Origin: Hydrogenothermaceae bacterium | GTDB taxonomy: Bacteria; Aquificota; Aquificia; Aquificales; Hydrogenothermaceae | Direction: 5' to 3' | NCBI GenBank assembly: GCA_026984355.1 | Contig: JALSSG010000195.1 | Coordinates: forward strand, 1 to 38,717 | Length of the DNA stretch: 38,717 bases | Part shown: in pieces, positions 35,597 to 38,717 of the stretch | Numbering within the stretch: the first letter of the stretch is position 1 | Layout of the letters: each line of letters opens with the position of its first letter | Notes under the pieces: model-generated | The model's database searches: none | What the model was told of the DNA's origin: nothing | What the model saw: the letters and a program-made list of their open reading frames with translations, nothing else | Position numbers and translations under genes: made by a program

Positions 35597-36762
35597 AGAA
35601 AATACTTAGATTTTTAATCATATTCTTTATACCAGTAGCATTTTTCGTATTATGGCTTGCAGGATTCTTTAATGAAAAAGTACCACCAGGAGAAGAGTTA
35701 AAGAATATAAAAGTAGTTACAGGTGTTGAAACTATGAAAATCCAAACTGTTAGACTTCCTGAATTATATCAAGCTGACGGTATGATAACTTCAGATGAGA
35801 ATGCAAAAGTAGCTACAAAAATTATGGCAGAAATTGAAAGAATAGAAGTAGATGAAGGAGATTTTGTAAAAAAAGGTCAGATACTGGCAATATTAGATGA
35901 TAGTGATATTGTACAAAGAATAAAACAGGCAGAAGCAGGATTAGAAGAAATAGCCAAAGCTAGACAGGAAGCTTTAGCAGGTAAAAGAGCAGCAGAACAG
36001 GCATATAGATTTGCAAAAAGAACTTATGAAAGATTTAAAAATCTGTACCTTCAAAACTCCATATCAAAACAGCAATTAGAAGAGATAGAAACCAAAATGA
36101 TTGGTGCAAAATCACAACTAGATGCGATTATTGCAAAACTAAAACAGTTAGATGCTAAAGAAAAACAAGTAAGAGCCCAATTAAAACTAGCAAAAGTAAT
36201 GTTAAGTTATACCATTGTAAGGTCACCATTTGATGGATATGTCCTTAAAAAACTAAAAGATGTAGGAGATATGGCTACTCCAGGGTATCCTATATTTGTT
36301 ATAGGAAATACAGATTTTGTATACTATGCTCAACTTGATGAATCTTTACTTCCATATGTAAAACTTGGTCAAGAAGTAACAGTACACATAGTTAATCTTG
36401 GAAAAACTGTAAAAGGAAAAATCATTGAATTAAATCCAAATATAGACCCTAAAAATAGAAGTTTCTCCATAAAAGTGAAAATACCTCAGCTAAAAGGTTT
36501 ATCATCAGGTATGTATGGAGTATTAAATCTTACAATAAAAGGTAGAGAAAAAATAATAATTCCTAAGTCTGCTGTCATAGAATGGAATCAATTAAAAGCT
36601 GTATATAAAGTTGGAACTGATAACATCATAAGATTAACCTATGTAAAACTTGGAGAGGATTATGGAAATGAAGTTGAGGTTATAGCAGGCTTAGAAGAAG
36701 GTGATGTAATCATAATAAGAAATGTAGAAAAAGCCTGTGATGGATGTAAGTTGGGAGGATAA
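35593..36762 (+). CDS. Efflux RND periplasmic adaptor (membrane fusion protein)
   Basis: N-terminal TM, lipoyl-like VKKGQILAILD and IVRSPFDGYV motifs, central coiled coil, ATGA overlap with the tolC-like gene. Confidence 0.88.
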   Translation: MKKILRFLIIFFIPVAFFVLWLAGFFNEKVPPGEELKNIKVVTGVETMKIQTVRLPELYQADGMITSDENAKVATKIMAEIERIEVDEGDFVKKGQILAILDDSDIVQRIKQAEAGLEEIAKARQEALAGKRAAEQAYRFAKRTYERFKNLYLQNSISKQQLEEIETKMIGAKSQLDAIIAKLKQLDAKEKQVRAQLKLAKVMLSYTIVRSPFDGYVLKKLKDVGDMATPGYPIFVIGNTDFVYYAQLDESLLPYVKLGQEVTVHIVNLGKTVKGKIIELNPNIDPKNRSFSIKVKIPQLKGLSSGMYGVLNLTIKGREKIIIPKSAVIEWNQLKAVYKVGTDNIIRLTYVKLGEDYGNEVEVIAGLEEGDVIIIRNVEKACDGCKLGG

Positions 36763-36764
36763 GA

Positions 36765-38717
36765 ATGAAATTAGGGATAGCAGGAAGTATAGCTAAGTTT
36801 TTCATAAAATCTAAATTAACTCCAATATTAGGTCTTACAGCAATTTTACTAGGTATATTTGCAGTAATTACCACACCTAAAGAAGAAGAACCACAGATTG
36901 TGGTTCCTATGATTGACATATTAGTACCTTTCCCTGGAGGAGAAGCCAGAGAAATTAACCAGCTCGTAGTAAAACCATTAGAAAAACTTATGTGGGAAAT
37001 ACCAGGAGTAGAATACGTTTATTCTTATGCTGGTGAAGGATTTGGTATGACCACAGTAAGATTTTTTGTAGGAACAGACCCAGAATATGCCCTCGTTAGA
37101 CTTTATAGTAAACTGATGTCAAACTACCATAAAATGCCTCCAGGAGCTTTAAATCCAATAGTACAGGACTATTCAATTAACGACGTGCCTATTTTAGCAA
37201 TTACTTTATATAGTGATAAGTATACATCTTATGAAATAAGAAGAGTAGCAGAAGTAGTGGAAGATGAGGTTAAGAAATTAACTAATGTTTCAAGGTCTTT
37301 TATTCTTGGCTCAGAATCAAAAAAGTACATTATATACTTTGACCCAGCAAAGTTAAATGCTTACAAAATATTACTTCCGCAATTAGTTGAAGCTATAAAA
37401 ACTGCTAATGTATCTTTAGTTGCAGGAGAGTTTGACAAAACAAACTATAGATTTAAGCTTAGAGCTGGTAAGTTCTTTAAAAATAAAAGAGATATAGAAA
37501 ATCTTATCGTTACTGTTTATCATAACAGACCAATATATTTAAAAGACGTTGCTACTGTTGTAGAAGGCGAAGGTGAAATAGATAATTATGTTCAGTTCGG
37601 ATGGGGACCACAGGGAGAAGGAGATATTAACAAACTATATAATGCTGTAACTATTGCAGTAGCTAAGAAAAAAGGCAGTAATGCTGTAGTTATAGCAGAA
37701 AAAATCATAGAAAAACTAAAAGAGATGGAAGGTGAAGTCATACCTCATGATATACACGTAAAAATCACAAGAAACTATGGTGAAACTGCTAATGAAAAAG
37801 CAATGGAACTTATTGAACACCTTCTCATTGCTACATTCTCTGTTGTACTTCTTATAGCGTTTGCACTTGGATGGAAAGAAGCAATAATTGTAGCATTTAC
37901 AGTTCCTACTACACTATCTATAGCTTTATTCCTTAGTGAAATGTATGGATTTACACTTAATAGGGTTACTCTTTTTGCTCTAATCTTTGCTATAGGTATA
38001 TTGGTTGATGATGCTATTGTTGTTATAGAAAATATCCATAGATGGTTTGAAGAAGGAAAAGAAGAAGACCCAGAAGTAGCTGCAGTAAAGGCTACAGATG
38101 AGGTAGGAAACCCTACAATATTAGCAACATTTACAGTTATTGTTGCTCTAATGCCAATGGCATTTGTTTCTGGTATGATGGGTCCTTATATGAGACCTAT
38201 ACCTATTAATGCTTCTGTTGCTATGTTCTTCTCCATGATAGTTGCTTTCATATTGACACCTTATATGGCTCTTAGATTGTTAAAAAAGGTTCACAAACCT
38301 AAACCAGCAGAAGAAAAGGCAAAAGAATTTGAGGCAAGAGCAGGAATTATATCTCTCTTACTGGAAAAAATATATCTACCATTATTTGAAAGTAGACTAA
38401 AAAGATGGTTATTTTTAGGACTTATAGGCTTATTAATGGCAATTTCTGTAGGTTTACTTGTAAGTAGGATAGTCCTTGTAAAAATGCTACCTTATGATAA
38501 TAAAAGTGAACTTTTTGTAGTTCTTGATATGCCAGAAGGGACAACTCTTCAAGGAACTTACGATGTAGTAAAAGATATAGCTTCATATATTAAAACAGTT
38601 AGAGAAGTTGAAAACTATGTACTATATGTTGGTACTCCAGCTCCATTTGATTTTAATGGTCTTGTAAGACACTACTATTTAAGAAATGGAAAAAATCAAG
38701 CAATGATAAAGATAAAT
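36765..38717 (+). CDS. RND efflux permease (AcrB/CzcA superfamily), C-terminus beyond the window
   Basis: Open frame of 651 codons from the ATG at 36765 to the window end. It is not in the ORF track because it is open-ended. Translation begins MKLGIAGSIAKFFIKSKLTPILGLTAILLG..., with large periplasmic loops and a TM cluster near VLLIAFALGWKEA. Confidence 0.88.
   Translation, partial: MKLGIAGSIAKFFIKSKLTPILGLTAILLGIFAVITTPKEEEPQIVVPMIDILVPFPGGEAREINQLVVKPLEKLMWEIPGVEYVYSYAGEGFGMTTVRFFVGTDPEYALVRLYSKLMSNYHKMPPGALNPIVQDYSINDVPILAITLYSDKYTSYEIRRVAEVVEDEVKKLTNVSRSFILGSESKKYIIYFDPAKLNAYKILLPQLVEAIKTANVSLVAGEFDKTNYRFKLRAGKFFKNKRDIENLIVTVYHNRPIYLKDVATVVEGEGEIDNYVQFGWGPQGEGDINKLYNAVTIAVAKKKGSNAVVIAEKIIEKLKEMEGEVIPHDIHVKITRNYGETANEKAMELIEHLLIATFSVVLLIAFALGWKEAIIVAFTVPTTLSIALFLSEMYGFTLNRVTLFALIFAIGILVDDAIVVIENIHRWFEEGKEEDPEVAAVKATDEVGNPTILATFTVIVALMPMAFVSGMMGPYMRPIPINASVAMFFSMIVAFILTPYMALRLLKKVHKPKPAEEKAKEFEARAGIISLLLEKIYLPLFESRLKRWLFLGLIGLLMAISVGLLVSRIVLVKMLPYDNKSELFVVLDMPEGTTLQGTYDVVKDIASYIKTVREVENYVLYVGTPAPFDFNGLVRHYYLRNGKNQAMIKIN

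Noticed and set aside
1-38717. A search by eye for CRISPR arrays, IS elements/transposases, long direct or inverted repeats, toxin-antitoxin pairs and defence-type nucleases or helicases.
   Set aside because: None was found. The only substantial repeat is the tandem yeeE duplication.

Overview
Roughly one-third G+C by eye. This is a densely packed prokaryotic chromosomal segment whose proteins are rich in K, E and I. The gene content (futalosine-pathway mqnA, a stand-alone DUF752/MnmC-type methyltransferase, a short citryl-CoA-lyase-like citrate synthase homolog, ResB, tandem YeeE) suggests a thermophilic sulfur-metabolising Aquificota-like bacterium; this is inference only, with no search run. 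Most of the window is ordinary housekeeping: feoAB, resB, spoVG, pfkA, PGM/PMM, a YbgC-type thioesterase, pilB-pilT-pilC, tRNA-Cys, modA-mop-modB-modC, purL, speH, mqnA, a TauE-family permease and a tolC-MFP-RND efflux operon. I found no CRISPR array, transposase, integrase, phage genes or recognisable defence genes. The ORF track omits two large genes that are open at the window edges: a Tat-exported NarG-type molybdoenzyme (1-2877, minus) and an RND pump (36765-38717, plus). It also omits two microproteins (47 aa and 51 aa) that are translationally coupled to their neighbours. The most unusual part is the minus-strand sulfur-trafficking cluster at about 7100 to 1. It reads: a periplasmic two-domain rhodanese, a hairpin, two tandemly duplicated YeeE-type transporters, a 47-aa membrane microprotein, and a membrane-anchored rhodanese domain. 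That domain has Ser in place of the catalytic Cys and ends in a Gly5-Cys-Leu tail. A second hairpin and the Tat molybdoenzyme follow. No TusA/YeeD-type partner is present in the window. I propose, as inference, that the Cys-tailed protein is an alternative sulfur-carrier arm. All functional calls rest on motif recognition by eye and need HMM/BLAST confirmation.
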